From Candidatus Iainarchaeum sp. (GTDB lineage: Archaea > Iainarchaeota > Iainarchaeia > Iainarchaeales > 0-14-0-20-30-16): a stretch of DNA of 32,000 nt. Position numbers and translations under genes: made by a program. The DNA lies in the NCBI GenBank assembly GCA_028710695.1, contig JAQTTP010000004.1, positions 57,102-89,101 on the forward strand, read 5' to 3'. Below the pieces are notes generated by a model that was not told where the DNA came from, did no database searches, and worked only from the letters and a program-made list of their open reading frames with translations. Positions 18,482-26,891 of the stretch are shown here, piece after piece; position 1 is the first letter of the stretch, and every line of letters begins with the position of its first letter.

Positions 18482-19219
18482 TTCTTCAAGAGCTTCTTTC
18501 TCAGATTCGTGAAGCTTTCCAGGGATTACTAGGCAGCAGATGCTGTCTTTAGGATACTTTGCTTTTGCAATCTTTTCTAATTCTTTGTATTCTACAATCT
18601 GGCTCTTTCCCATTGCATTGCAGATTACTATTGCCTTCCCTAGTTTTATCTCGCGCTCTTTGGCAATATCTAAAAGGATCTTTGTTGCTTCTGATGGAGA
18701 CATGAAATAGTTTTGTTCTTTCTTGATGTCCAAAAGTAAGATTGTGTGTAATCCAAGTTCTTGGTTCTTTAAAAAGTAGTCAAAGAAGCTCTTTGGGAAA
18801 TAATTCTTTTCTGGCCGTACAATACTTATGGTTCTTCCAAACTTGTACTCTTGTAAGCCAGTTAACATAGGGATTACTGAGAAAATGCTTATTCCCGGAA
18901 TAACCTTTACCTTAATCTTTCTGTCTTTTGCTGTTTGGATTATTTCGGAATGAGTTGTAGCAGAGGTTATATTTCCATATATACATAACGCAGTATCTTT
19001 AGTCTTTGCATGAGTGAGGAAGGGTTTTATCTCTTCTACTTCCTCTCGCGAAAGGGGAATTACCTTCTTTCCTATGATTTTTTCAAGACTTTTTTGAGAT
19101 CCTTCAGAGTATTTACTGGTGTAATCCTCTAGATACACGCTTTTACAGCCTTTTAAGGCCTCTAGGGCCTCTAAAGTAAGTTCCTTTGGGTTTAGACCTA
19201 ATCCTATTAAATAAAGCAT
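18476..19219 (-). CDS. dphB: Diphthine synthase
   Basis: MLYLIGLGLNPKELTLEALEALKGCKSVYLEDYTSKYSEG; SAM-dependent tetrapyrrole-methylase-like fold with GISIFSVIPMLTGLQEYKFG and LLLDIKKEQNYFMSPSEA. Confidence 0.93.
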   Translation of the reverse strand: MLYLIGLGLNPKELTLEALEALKGCKSVYLEDYTSKYSEGSQKSLEKIIGKKVIPLSREEVEEIKPFLTHAKTKDTALCIYGNITSATTHSEIIQTAKDRKIKVKVIPGISIFSVIPMLTGLQEYKFGRTISIVRPEKNYFPKSFFDYFLKNQELGLHTILLLDIKKEQNYFMSPSEATKILLDIAKEREIKLGKAIVICNAMGKSQIVEYKELEKIAKAKYPKDSICCLVIPGKLHESEKEALEEL

Positions 19220-19238
19220 ATTTTCACCTTGAAATCCA

Positions 19239-20108
19239 CTACAAATTCAGTCCTATACTGAATAAATCCCTTATTCCTGTTGCAAATCCAATAATACTTA
19301 TTATTATTCTAACAAAATTAAGGATATTCCTGTTTTTTGCGTTGATCGATTTTTCTATTAAAACCATAATGATAATTGCTAATAAAATCTTTACTATTGG
19401 AAAAGCCCAAACCCCAATATTTAGAATAACCCAATTACTTAAAACATGCTTTTCCCCAAATCCGAAAAAGGCAATTGCAAAGAAGGTGGCAAAGCCATCA
19501 AAAGCCTGGCTTGTTATTAGAGCAATATTTAGTTTTTCTTTAATCCATTCTGGCTTGATCTTGTAGATTATAAAAGTAATTATGCTGGAAACAACAATAA
19601 TTGCTAGTAAGGTGATGAAAAAATGCCCTGGTTCTGTAAGTAGTAAGAGATATGCCAGCAGAATAGTTCCGGCTATTGTATAGCCAATTGCTTTGAAATA
19701 AAACAAGGTTTTTTCTTTTCCAAAAACCCAACAGAGATGTAGTAAAAATAATGTTCCAAAAAACATAACTATGTATATTCCTGGAGTAACAAACCAGAAA
19801 CCCCAAGATAAAGGATCTATTGATGTTGAAACAAGCTTTATTGCAGAGTATGGCTCTTCAGCTACTCTTAATAGGGCGCCAATTAAGATATAAGGGAAAA
19901 TGGATACTAACATATCGAAATTTAGCCAGCCTCGCTTCTTGAAATATGGGTATACTACTCCAAAGCAAAATAGGAGTAAAAGTCCAATATAAGTTATTGT
20001 ACTAACCATAGTGTAGGAATCGCTTATTTGTGGAGCAATGAAATAATCATAGAAAAAACTCATTTTGATCCCTAAATAAAACAACATATTTTTTTGGGTC
20101 TGAAACAA
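19239..20108 (-). CDS. DUF63-like archaeal multi-TM membrane protein
   Basis: Multi-pass hydrophobic protein with FFYDYFIAPQISDSYTMVSTITYIGLLL...ILIGALLRVAEEP; likely true start at M16 (about 20063). Confidence 0.6.
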   Translation of the reverse strand: MFQTQKNMLFYLGIKMSFFYDYFIAPQISDSYTMVSTITYIGLLLLFCFGVVYPYFKKRGWLNFDMLVSIFPYILIGALLRVAEEPYSAIKLVSTSIDPLSWGFWFVTPGIYIVMFFGTLFLLHLCWVFGKEKTLFYFKAIGYTIAGTILLAYLLLLTEPGHFFITLLAIIVVSSIITFIIYKIKPEWIKEKLNIALITSQAFDGFATFFAIAFFGFGEKHVLSNWVILNIGVWAFPIVKILLAIIIMVLIEKSINAKNRNILNFVRIIISIIGFATGIRDLFSIGLNL

Positions 20109-20173
20109 TTTTGTATCTAAAATTGCTTTCTTACCCTAATATTATATACTTTTAGTATAAATATATATAAGGT

Positions 20174-20181
20174 AGGAGGTG
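20174..20181 (+). promoter_or_regulatory. Strong Shine-Dalgarno site AGGAGGTG for the SIMPL-domain gene
   Basis: AGGAGGTG ends 5 nt upstream of ATG at 20187. Confidence 0.8.
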
Positions 20182-20186
20182 TCCTT

Positions 20187-20951
20187 ATGGAAGTAGGCAC
20201 AAAGCACTATTATGTGTTATTTATAGTACTAATAATTCTTGTTGCTTTAATTGGCACAATGTCAATGTGGGGTGGCGAGAAAAAAGATATAACTGTTTAT
20301 ACTGGTGCAGAGAATGACAAAACAATTTCAGTTAATGGCTCTGCAGATAAGAAAGTTATGCCTGATGAAGGTTATGTAAACTTTACAATTGAAACAACAA
20401 ATGACAAGGCAAAAGATGCACAGAATAAGAACGCAGAGATCTGGGATGCATTGAAATTAGAATTAGATAAAAAGAGTTATTTGAAATACGAAACATCAAA
20501 TTACTCAGTATATCCTGACCAAAAATGGAATAAGGAAACACAAGAATATGAAACAAAAGGTTACAAAGTAAGGCATTCAATAAAAATAACTTTGTCTGAC
20601 ACTTCAAAGCTTGGTGAGATAGTAGACTTGCTTGTTGGTGCAGGAGTAAATGATGTTGATTCTATATCTTTTGGATTGAAGAAAGAAACCCAAGAAACAA
20701 TAAAGGATGAGCTTTGGGCAGTAGCATTTGCTGATGCTAAAGCAGAAGCAGAAACAGTTGTTGATGCGGCAGGAGCAAATTTGACTAAGACTCCAAAGAG
20801 TATACAGATAAATAACTATAATTATTATCCGTCATATTATGAAAAAGCAGCAGGGCTGTCAATGATGGATTCTGTTGCTGCAGAGACAAGTATTTCTCCT
20901 AAGGAGTTAGAGGTTTCTGTATCTTTGAGCGTAATATTTAGTTATGAGTAG
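20187..20951 (+). CDS. SIMPL (DUF541) domain-containing, N-terminally anchored protein
   Basis: ISVNGSADKKVMPDEGYVNFTIETTNDKAKDAQNKNAEIWDALK...NYSVYPDQKWNKETQEYETKGYKVRHSIKITL...LEVSVSLSVIFSYE. Confidence 0.88.
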   Translation: MEVGTKHYYVLFIVLIILVALIGTMSMWGGEKKDITVYTGAENDKTISVNGSADKKVMPDEGYVNFTIETTNDKAKDAQNKNAEIWDALKLELDKKSYLKYETSNYSVYPDQKWNKETQEYETKGYKVRHSIKITLSDTSKLGEIVDLLVGAGVNDVDSISFGLKKETQETIKDELWAVAFADAKAEAETVVDAAGANLTKTPKSIQINNYNYYPSYYEKAAGLSMMDSVAAETSISPKELEVSVSLSVIFSYE

Positions 20952-20997
20952 GGGAAACCCTCCTTCTTTTTATTCTTTTATTTCTTTTTATATATTT

Positions 20998-21855
20998 ATG
21001 ATATCACAGAAACCAAAGCTTACTTTGCCATTAAAGGAAACTCTAAAGAAAATACTAACCCCTAAAGAGTTAGAAAAAGCAATTACTTCTTATGATACTT
21101 TGGGAGACATTGCAATTATAAAAATTCCAGATGAACTTCTGAAAAAAGAGAAAAAGATTGCACAAGCTTTAATGGCTTCGAATTCTAAAATAAAAACAGT
21201 TGTGAAAACAGATAGTATTCACGCAGGAAAGTATAGAACCCAAAAAGTGAAATACCTTGCTGGTAAAAAGACCTTTTTGACTTTTGTTAAAGAGTCCGGG
21301 TGCGTGTTTAAAATAAGAGTTAGTGATAGCTTTTTTTCTTCTAGGCTGAGCTTTGAAAGAACAAGAAATGCTCAGAATGTGAAACCTGGAGAAGATGTCT
21401 GTGTTTTCTTTTCTGGGGTTGCTCCGTTCTCAATAGTTATTGCAAAAAACTCTAAAGCAAAGAAAGTAGTGTCTGTAGAATTGAATCCTAAGGCACACAA
21501 ATATGCATTGGAGAACATAAAGCTAAATAAGGTGGAAGATAGAGTAATAGCCATAAAGGATGATGTGAAAAAGTATGCTCTAAAAACAAAAGACAAATTC
21601 GATAGGATAATTATGCCTCTTCCAAAAGATGCACATTTATTCTTTGATTCTGCCTTAAAGGTTGCGAAGAAGGACTGTATAATTACTCTTTATAACTTTG
21701 TTCCTAAGGATAATCCTTATACTGAATTAGAAAAAACAATTAAGGGAATTGCAAAGCAAGAAGGCAGAAAGATAAAGATTGAGTTTAAGAGGCAGGTAAG
21801 AGATTTCTCTCCTGCTGTGATACAAGTAGTGTTGGATATTAAAGTGTTGAATTAG
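20998..21855 (+). CDS. Class I SAM-dependent methyltransferase, Trm5/Tyw2-like
   Basis: VCVFFSGVAPFSIVIAKNSKAKKVVSVELNPKAHKYALENIKLNKVEDRVIAIKDD...FDRIIMPLPKDAHLFFDSAL. ORF track start (20944) overlaps the upstream gene; ATG at 20998 gives the natural N-terminus MISQKPKLTLPLKETLKKIL. Confidence 0.82.
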   Translation: MISQKPKLTLPLKETLKKILTPKELEKAITSYDTLGDIAIIKIPDELLKKEKKIAQALMASNSKIKTVVKTDSIHAGKYRTQKVKYLAGKKTFLTFVKESGCVFKIRVSDSFFSSRLSFERTRNAQNVKPGEDVCVFFSGVAPFSIVIAKNSKAKKVVSVELNPKAHKYALENIKLNKVEDRVIAIKDDVKKYALKTKDKFDRIIMPLPKDAHLFFDSALKVAKKDCIITLYNFVPKDNPYTELEKTIKGIAKQEGRKIKIEFKRQVRDFSPAVIQVVLDIKVLN

Positions 21856-21858
21856 GTT

Positions 21859-23016
21859 GTGATATTTGTGGGAAAGTGGAAGCCAGAGTTGTGGACAACA
21901 TATAGGGGAAATAATACATACCCAATCTATAACTGGTTCTATTTTACTGAAGCTTATTCAAGAGGGATTGTAAATAAGTACATAAAGAAGTACGAGATTA
22001 AAGGAAAAGTTCTTGATCCTTTCTGTGGAACAGGAACTACTTTGCTTGTTGCAAAAGAAAATGGCCTCAAAGCTACGGGATATGACCTTTCTAAATTAAT
22101 GGCTTTGGTAAGTAAAGCAAAAACACAAGAGTATGATATTGAAAAACTAGAAAGCCAAGTTGTAGAGTTTTTTGGTTTGGAAAAAAAGAAACAAGAGGTT
22201 AAAGTTCCAGATTGGATAAAGCAATATTTCCATAAAGAAGTGCTTGATTCTCTATTGGAATTAAAAGAAAGAATTAATACTTATAATACAGAATACAAGG
22301 AATTCTTCCTATTGGTCCTTATGCGAACTTTGGATACAGTATCTAAAGCTAAGAAGGTTGGAAAGTCTCTGCAGAAGAGGGTTGTACCGATTTTCAATGT
22401 TTATGCTGTTTATGAGAAGTTGGCAAAAGCAATGATAAAGGATTTGAAGAGAGCAGAACGTAAGAAATTGTTTAGTGGGGCTGCTGAGGTTTACAATAAT
22501 TCAATGTATGAAATCCCCGAAAATAAAAAGTATGATTTGATTATTACTAGCCCGCCTTACTTGAACAAAACAGAATATACTAAAAGATTTGGGATTGAAC
22601 TTTGGTTCTTGGGTGAAGAAACCTATTTGCAGGGTTTAGGGAATGAAAAAGAGCAGAAGCAGAACAAAGAGTGTTTATTTTATACCACTTACTTTGCAGA
22701 TATCTTGGACAAGATCCGGGATGGTTCCGAGCACAAGATGGTAAATTATAGTGTTGATAATTATTTCTCAGGGCTTGAAGCTTTCTTTAAGAAAAGTTAT
22801 TCCTTGCTAAATAAAGGTGGGCTTTTGGTAGTGGTTATTGCTGGCGGCTGTTTTAAGAACTATGCTGTTGATATTTACGATTATGTTTGCAAGCTTTCTG
22901 ATAATTTAGGCTTTAAGTTCGTTGAGAGCGAAGTAAATAGAGAGCTAATTTGTCATAAGAATAGAACTCAAAAGATCGGAAAAGTAAAAGAGTTTACAAT
23001 TGTGCTGAAAAAATAA
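21859..23016 (+). CDS. DNA methyltransferase, N4-cytosine/N6-adenine type, motif order I then IV
   Basis: Motif I VLDPFCGTGTTLLVAKENGLKATGYDLS; motif IV DLIITSPPYLNKTEY; upstream YPIYNWFYFTEAYSRGIV. GTG start. Confidence 0.75.
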   Translation: MIFVGKWKPELWTTYRGNNTYPIYNWFYFTEAYSRGIVNKYIKKYEIKGKVLDPFCGTGTTLLVAKENGLKATGYDLSKLMALVSKAKTQEYDIEKLESQVVEFFGLEKKKQEVKVPDWIKQYFHKEVLDSLLELKERINTYNTEYKEFFLLVLMRTLDTVSKAKKVGKSLQKRVVPIFNVYAVYEKLAKAMIKDLKRAERKKLFSGAAEVYNNSMYEIPENKKYDLIITSPPYLNKTEYTKRFGIELWFLGEETYLQGLGNEKEQKQNKECLFYTTYFADILDKIRDGSEHKMVNYSVDNYFSGLEAFFKKSYSLLNKGGLLVVVIAGGCFKNYAVDIYDYVCKLSDNLGFKFVESEVNRELICHKNRTQKIGKVKEFTIVLKK

Positions 23017-23041
23017 TAAAAAAATAAGATGTGTTTCTAAT

Positions 23042-23398
23042 CTACTTCTTTTGGTATTTAGAAACAAGGTCGAAGATTTCTTTTTGCTTTGCTTCAGGGC
23101 ATTCAAATCTCTTTGATAGGATTGCTTCTAAGATTTCCTTTTCTTTAGGCATTACGTTTACTATGTTTACTGCAACGTTCTTTGGGGCGCCTAATTCTAC
23201 TAGCTCTTTTATTAGCTTTTCAGAATCTTTCTTGTTTAGTTTTTCAAAAGTTGAAACATATTTAAGAGTAGTTTCTTGTTCATAAATTGGTTCTTTTTCT
23301 ACTTCTTTTTTTTCTTTTATTACTTTCTCAATCAATTCCTTTGCTTCTGCAAAAGAAATTGGCTCTTTAGTTTCAACATGTTTAGGCATTAGAATCAC
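23042..23398 (-). CDS. rpoF: DNA-directed RNA polymerase subunit F (Rpb4-like)
   Basis: PISFAEAKELIE..., TLKYVSTFEKLNKKDSEKLIKELVELG, NIVNVMPKEKEILEAILSKR; adjacent to L21e as in other archaea. Confidence 0.88.
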   Translation of the reverse strand: MILMPKHVETKEPISFAEAKELIEKVIKEKKEVEKEPIYEQETTLKYVSTFEKLNKKDSEKLIKELVELGAPKNVAVNIVNVMPKEKEILEAILSKRFECPEAKQKEIFDLVSKYQKK

Positions 23399-23399
23399 T

Positions 23400-23705
23400 T
23401 TAGTCCTTTACTTCTTTTAGGTGCTCTATATCTACAATAATTGTTTTCTTAAGTCTTGGAAAGCTAAGCATATAACTTGCTTGTCCTACTTTCTCGTCAA
23501 CTGTTCCGATTTTTCCTAAGAATCTTCTTGCAGGCATACCTTTTTGGTATCTTCCATTTGCTTTTACAACTACTTTGGAACCGACACTTAATTCTTTTAG
23601 TCTTTGTTCTACAGTTAATTTCTTTCCTTTAAAACTATCTCTTGTATTAGCCATTGGGCCTTTTGGTTTCTTATTTGCCATTGAATCACACTCATTATTT
23701 TTCAA
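23400..23705 (-). CDS. rpl21e: 50S ribosomal protein L21e
   Basis: GPMANTRDSFKGKK, GSKVVVKANGRYQKGMPARRFLGKIGTVDEKVGQASYML. Confidence 0.93.
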   Translation of the reverse strand: MKNNECDSMANKKPKGPMANTRDSFKGKKLTVEQRLKELSVGSKVVVKANGRYQKGMPARRFLGKIGTVDEKVGQASYMLSFPRLKKTIIVDIEHLKEVKD

Positions 23706-23822
23706 TTACTTATAGGAATATTTTTATTAGTTAATACTTATAAATATAAGTTAAAAGATTAAATACAGAAGTATGAAAATGTATATAAAGATATACTAGG
23801 CCCAAAGGCAGATTGTGATTAT

Positions 23823-25505
23823 ATGGATATATTTAAGATAGTAGTGACGACAATTGTGGCTTTAGTTATAATTGCCTTGATTTATACCTTCTTTATAGCT
23901 CCGAAGCCGGTTCCTGAAGAAGAATTAGCAAATAAACTGCTTTTGGCTTATAATAATCCAGGAACTTTTGTAAAAGGAGAAGTAACCTTATCTGAAACAT
24001 TAAACTACTACCAAATAAAGGACCATTTGCCTTCACAGCTTGAAATTGTGTATAATTATTATTCTTTAGTTCCAGATTTGAACATAATAACCTTATCTCC
24101 TGTTCCAAGTATTGATTTGTATAAAAAGTTGTCTATAAAGCCCCAGAAAAACAAAGATTACAAGTTTTCAACCATTTGTTATCCTTCTTTCTTGAGTTTT
24201 GACGAGCAAAGTGGGGGGGAAATGTACTGTTTGATAATATTTGGGCTTGAGAAAGATGACTCTAAAGCTCCAACTGTGGACTTTTCGATGGAAAATACAA
24301 TTTATGATTATAATCTATTTGAAAATTATTCTTTACAAGCAAAAGACTTTTTTAATTTAGATACCAAGAAAGAACTATATTTATTAGTAAACGACAGCCC
24401 AGAATACATAGAAACCTTTGATATTGGAGACCTTTACAACAACAAAGACTTTTTTACAGGTATTGATTTGAACGCACAAGGAAAAACAGAAGTGTCTTTT
24501 GCTTTTGAGAATGTTGGAAACTATTATGCTCTTTTGTATTATTCCTGTCCTGAGCTAGTTCAAAATCTGGGTCAAATAAGAGATAACATAATTACTAATT
24601 TTCCTTTGTGTAATCTTTATACACAAGACCTGGTTTTAAAAGTAAAATCAGATTATGGGTCTTTATCTAAAACCTGTGTTGCAACAACAGCATTGGGTGA
24701 GAATGAATATAATTTTTCTGAAGGGGTTTGTATTAAGAAATTTGGCTGTAGCAACTGCTTAGCGCCATCTATGTGTGCAGAGGCCTGGCATAAGAAAGAC
24801 AACAAAGAATATATTTCTTATAAGCAAGATGTTGCTTTGAGTAATGAGGTAATGTCTTATGATGAGTGTGTTGGTGGAACTAGCTCAAATAATAGTTCTT
24901 TAATTAATGTGCCAACCACTCCGCCAGCTACAAATCTAAATCTTGAAATAGATTCCTCTTTTTTGAATAAAGTGCAAAAGTTTGGTGGAAAAAGAAATGG
25001 ATATAACTTTATTGTGATTCATGATGGTGGAACTTGGGGTACCTCAACTTCAGGGCAAGCAGTAAATAGTGTTATAAATATGTGGAACAACGGAAACACG
25101 TCTACTCATTTTTATATCTCTTGTGAAGGAAAGATATTTGAGTTTTTGGACCCCGTCAATGTGGCTTGGCATGCGGGCTGTAATGATGGATTTATAAAAA
25201 ATGTAAATGCTTATTCAATTGGAATTGATTTGAGAAATTGTGAGAAGTTTACTTCTGGGCATTATACTTCAGAACAAATGCAAAGTTTAAGTAGTCTTTT
25301 AAATTCACTGTCTTCTCAATATGGTATTCCCCTTTCAGACAAATCAGTAATTGGCCATTTTGAAGTTGGATGTCACGATGATCCTTATACTGACTTCTCC
25401 TGGACTTCCTTGCCTGGAATTACAGTAAACCACAGAACAAGTTCCTATTATTATAATAAAGGAAATCAAGAAGCATCGGCTTGGGTTGCACAGATGTTTT
25501 CATAA
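23823..25505 (+). CDS. Membrane-anchored N-acetylmuramoyl-L-alanine amidase-like (Amidase_2/PGRP fold) protein
   Basis: N-terminal TM FKIVVTTIVALVIIALIYTFF; C-terminal FIVIHDGGTWG...STHFYISCEGKIFEFLDPVNVAWHAGC...NAYSIGIDLRNCE...YGIPLSDKSVIGHFEVGCHDDPYTDFSW. Confidence 0.82.
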   Translation: MDIFKIVVTTIVALVIIALIYTFFIAPKPVPEEELANKLLLAYNNPGTFVKGEVTLSETLNYYQIKDHLPSQLEIVYNYYSLVPDLNIITLSPVPSIDLYKKLSIKPQKNKDYKFSTICYPSFLSFDEQSGGEMYCLIIFGLEKDDSKAPTVDFSMENTIYDYNLFENYSLQAKDFFNLDTKKELYLLVNDSPEYIETFDIGDLYNNKDFFTGIDLNAQGKTEVSFAFENVGNYYALLYYSCPELVQNLGQIRDNIITNFPLCNLYTQDLVLKVKSDYGSLSKTCVATTALGENEYNFSEGVCIKKFGCSNCLAPSMCAEAWHKKDNKEYISYKQDVALSNEVMSYDECVGGTSSNNSSLINVPTTPPATNLNLEIDSSFLNKVQKFGGKRNGYNFIVIHDGGTWGTSTSGQAVNSVINMWNNGNTSTHFYISCEGKIFEFLDPVNVAWHAGCNDGFIKNVNAYSIGIDLRNCEKFTSGHYTSEQMQSLSSLLNSLSSQYGIPLSDKSVIGHFEVGCHDDPYTDFSWTSLPGITVNHRTSSYYYNKGNQEASAWVAQMFS

Positions 25506-25554
25506 AGGGAATATTTATATTGTTAAGTGAGTTTTATATGTTAACAATAATTGT

Positions 25555-26169
25555 TTGAAGGTGGATGTTTTGCATATTGTTGAAAAGGCATTAACTCGTT
25601 TCTTAATAAAACTTGTTTTTTGTGTTTTACTAATCTTGTCTTTATTGTTTTTGGGATTCTTGCCTACCTTCTGGATACTTGCTGGTTTATTTGTGCTTGT
25701 ATTGATTTTAACAAAGGGAATAAAATTCCAAAAATTCCATGCAATTTTAACGAAGCTTGAAAGAGAATATGAAACTGGCTTTGCAGGAAAAGAAACTTTT
25801 ATTGTGTTGTTGGGTTTTATATTTTTCTTTTTAATTGTTTGGCTATTACAATACTTTATCGCATTCCCAGTAGAACAGATTGCAATAATTGGATTGATTC
25901 CATTAACATTTGGAAACAATTTAGTAAAGCCATTACAAACTTGGCTTAGAAACCATTTGCACTTTATTAGTCATAAGATGAGTATTGAGGGTTTTGTAAT
26001 TGCGACTTTGATTAATATCTTGGCATATTATCTTTTGTTGCCATACAATATAGTTGTTTTTATTTATCTTGCATTAATTGCAAGCCTGTTTGATATGATA
26101 CCATACATTGATAGCAACTATACAATACCTATATTTACATCATTAGCATTTTTGCTGTTTTTTATATAA
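25555..26169 (+). CDS. Multi-TM protein, divergent polyprenol/dolichol/phytol-kinase-like
   Basis: HKMSIEGFVIATLINILAYYLL resembles K-S-x-E-G-S; FDMIPYIDSNYTIPIFTSLAFL resembles the DDNxTIP signature of CTP-dependent isoprenoid kinases. Confidence 0.5.
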   Translation: MKVDVLHIVEKALTRFLIKLVFCVLLILSLLFLGFLPTFWILAGLFVLVLILTKGIKFQKFHAILTKLEREYETGFAGKETFIVLLGFIFFFLIVWLLQYFIAFPVEQIAIIGLIPLTFGNNLVKPLQTWLRNHLHFISHKMSIEGFVIATLINILAYYLLLPYNIVVFIYLALIASLFDMIPYIDSNYTIPIFTSLAFLLFFI

Positions 26170-26189
26170 ACTATTTTATGTGATCAATT

Positions 26190-26882
26190 ATGCAAGGAAT
26201 CGTTTTATGTGGGGGCTATGGTACAAGGTTAAGACCCATTACTTATTCAGTCCCTAAACCTCTGGTAAGATTAGGCCAACATACTCTTCTTGATTATATT
26301 TTAATGAACTTAAATAATAGCAAGGTTGACAAAGTTTATCTTGCAGTATCATATCTAAAAGAAAAAATAATTTCTCATATAGACAAAGTAAAGGATAATT
26401 ACAATTTTGAAATTGATTTTTTATATGGTAATGATGGAGATGGAACTGCGGGTGCAATCCTAAATGCAAAAGATCTAATGGACGAAAACTTTTTTGTTAC
26501 TGTGGGGGATAATATAACAAATGTTAATTTTGATGATTTCTATAAACATCACGTAGAACATAAAGCTCTTGCTTCTATTGCTGCAAGAGAAGATGTAAAG
26601 AAATACGACTATGGTGTTTTAGATCTTGCAAACGATAAAGTAATTGGATTTAGAGAAAAACCAGAAACTAAGTTTATCATGAATACTGGAACCTTTTACT
26701 TTAAACACAAAATCTTTGATTATATTGAGCAAGGCGAAGATATATCTGGAGATGTTTTCCCAAAAATCTTGGCTAAAAATCAGCAGATCTATTGTTATAT
26801 GTCTGACTTCTTCTGGTATGATATTGGAACTCTAAAGAAATATAATTATTATAAAAGAAATTTGCATTACTTTAAGTTCTAA
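26190..26882 (+). CDS. NDP-sugar pyrophosphorylase / sugar nucleotidyltransferase
   Basis: MQGIVLCGGYGTRLRPITYSVPKPLVRLG...; NYNFEIDFLYGNDGDGTAGAI; DNFFVTVGDNITNVNF. Confidence 0.93.
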   Translation: MQGIVLCGGYGTRLRPITYSVPKPLVRLGQHTLLDYILMNLNNSKVDKVYLAVSYLKEKIISHIDKVKDNYNFEIDFLYGNDGDGTAGAILNAKDLMDENFFVTVGDNITNVNFDDFYKHHVEHKALASIAAREDVKKYDYGVLDLANDKVIGFREKPETKFIMNTGTFYFKHKIFDYIEQGEDISGDVFPKILAKNQQIYCYMSDFFWYDIGTLKKYNYYKRNLHYFKF

Positions 26883-26891
26883 AAGCAAGCA

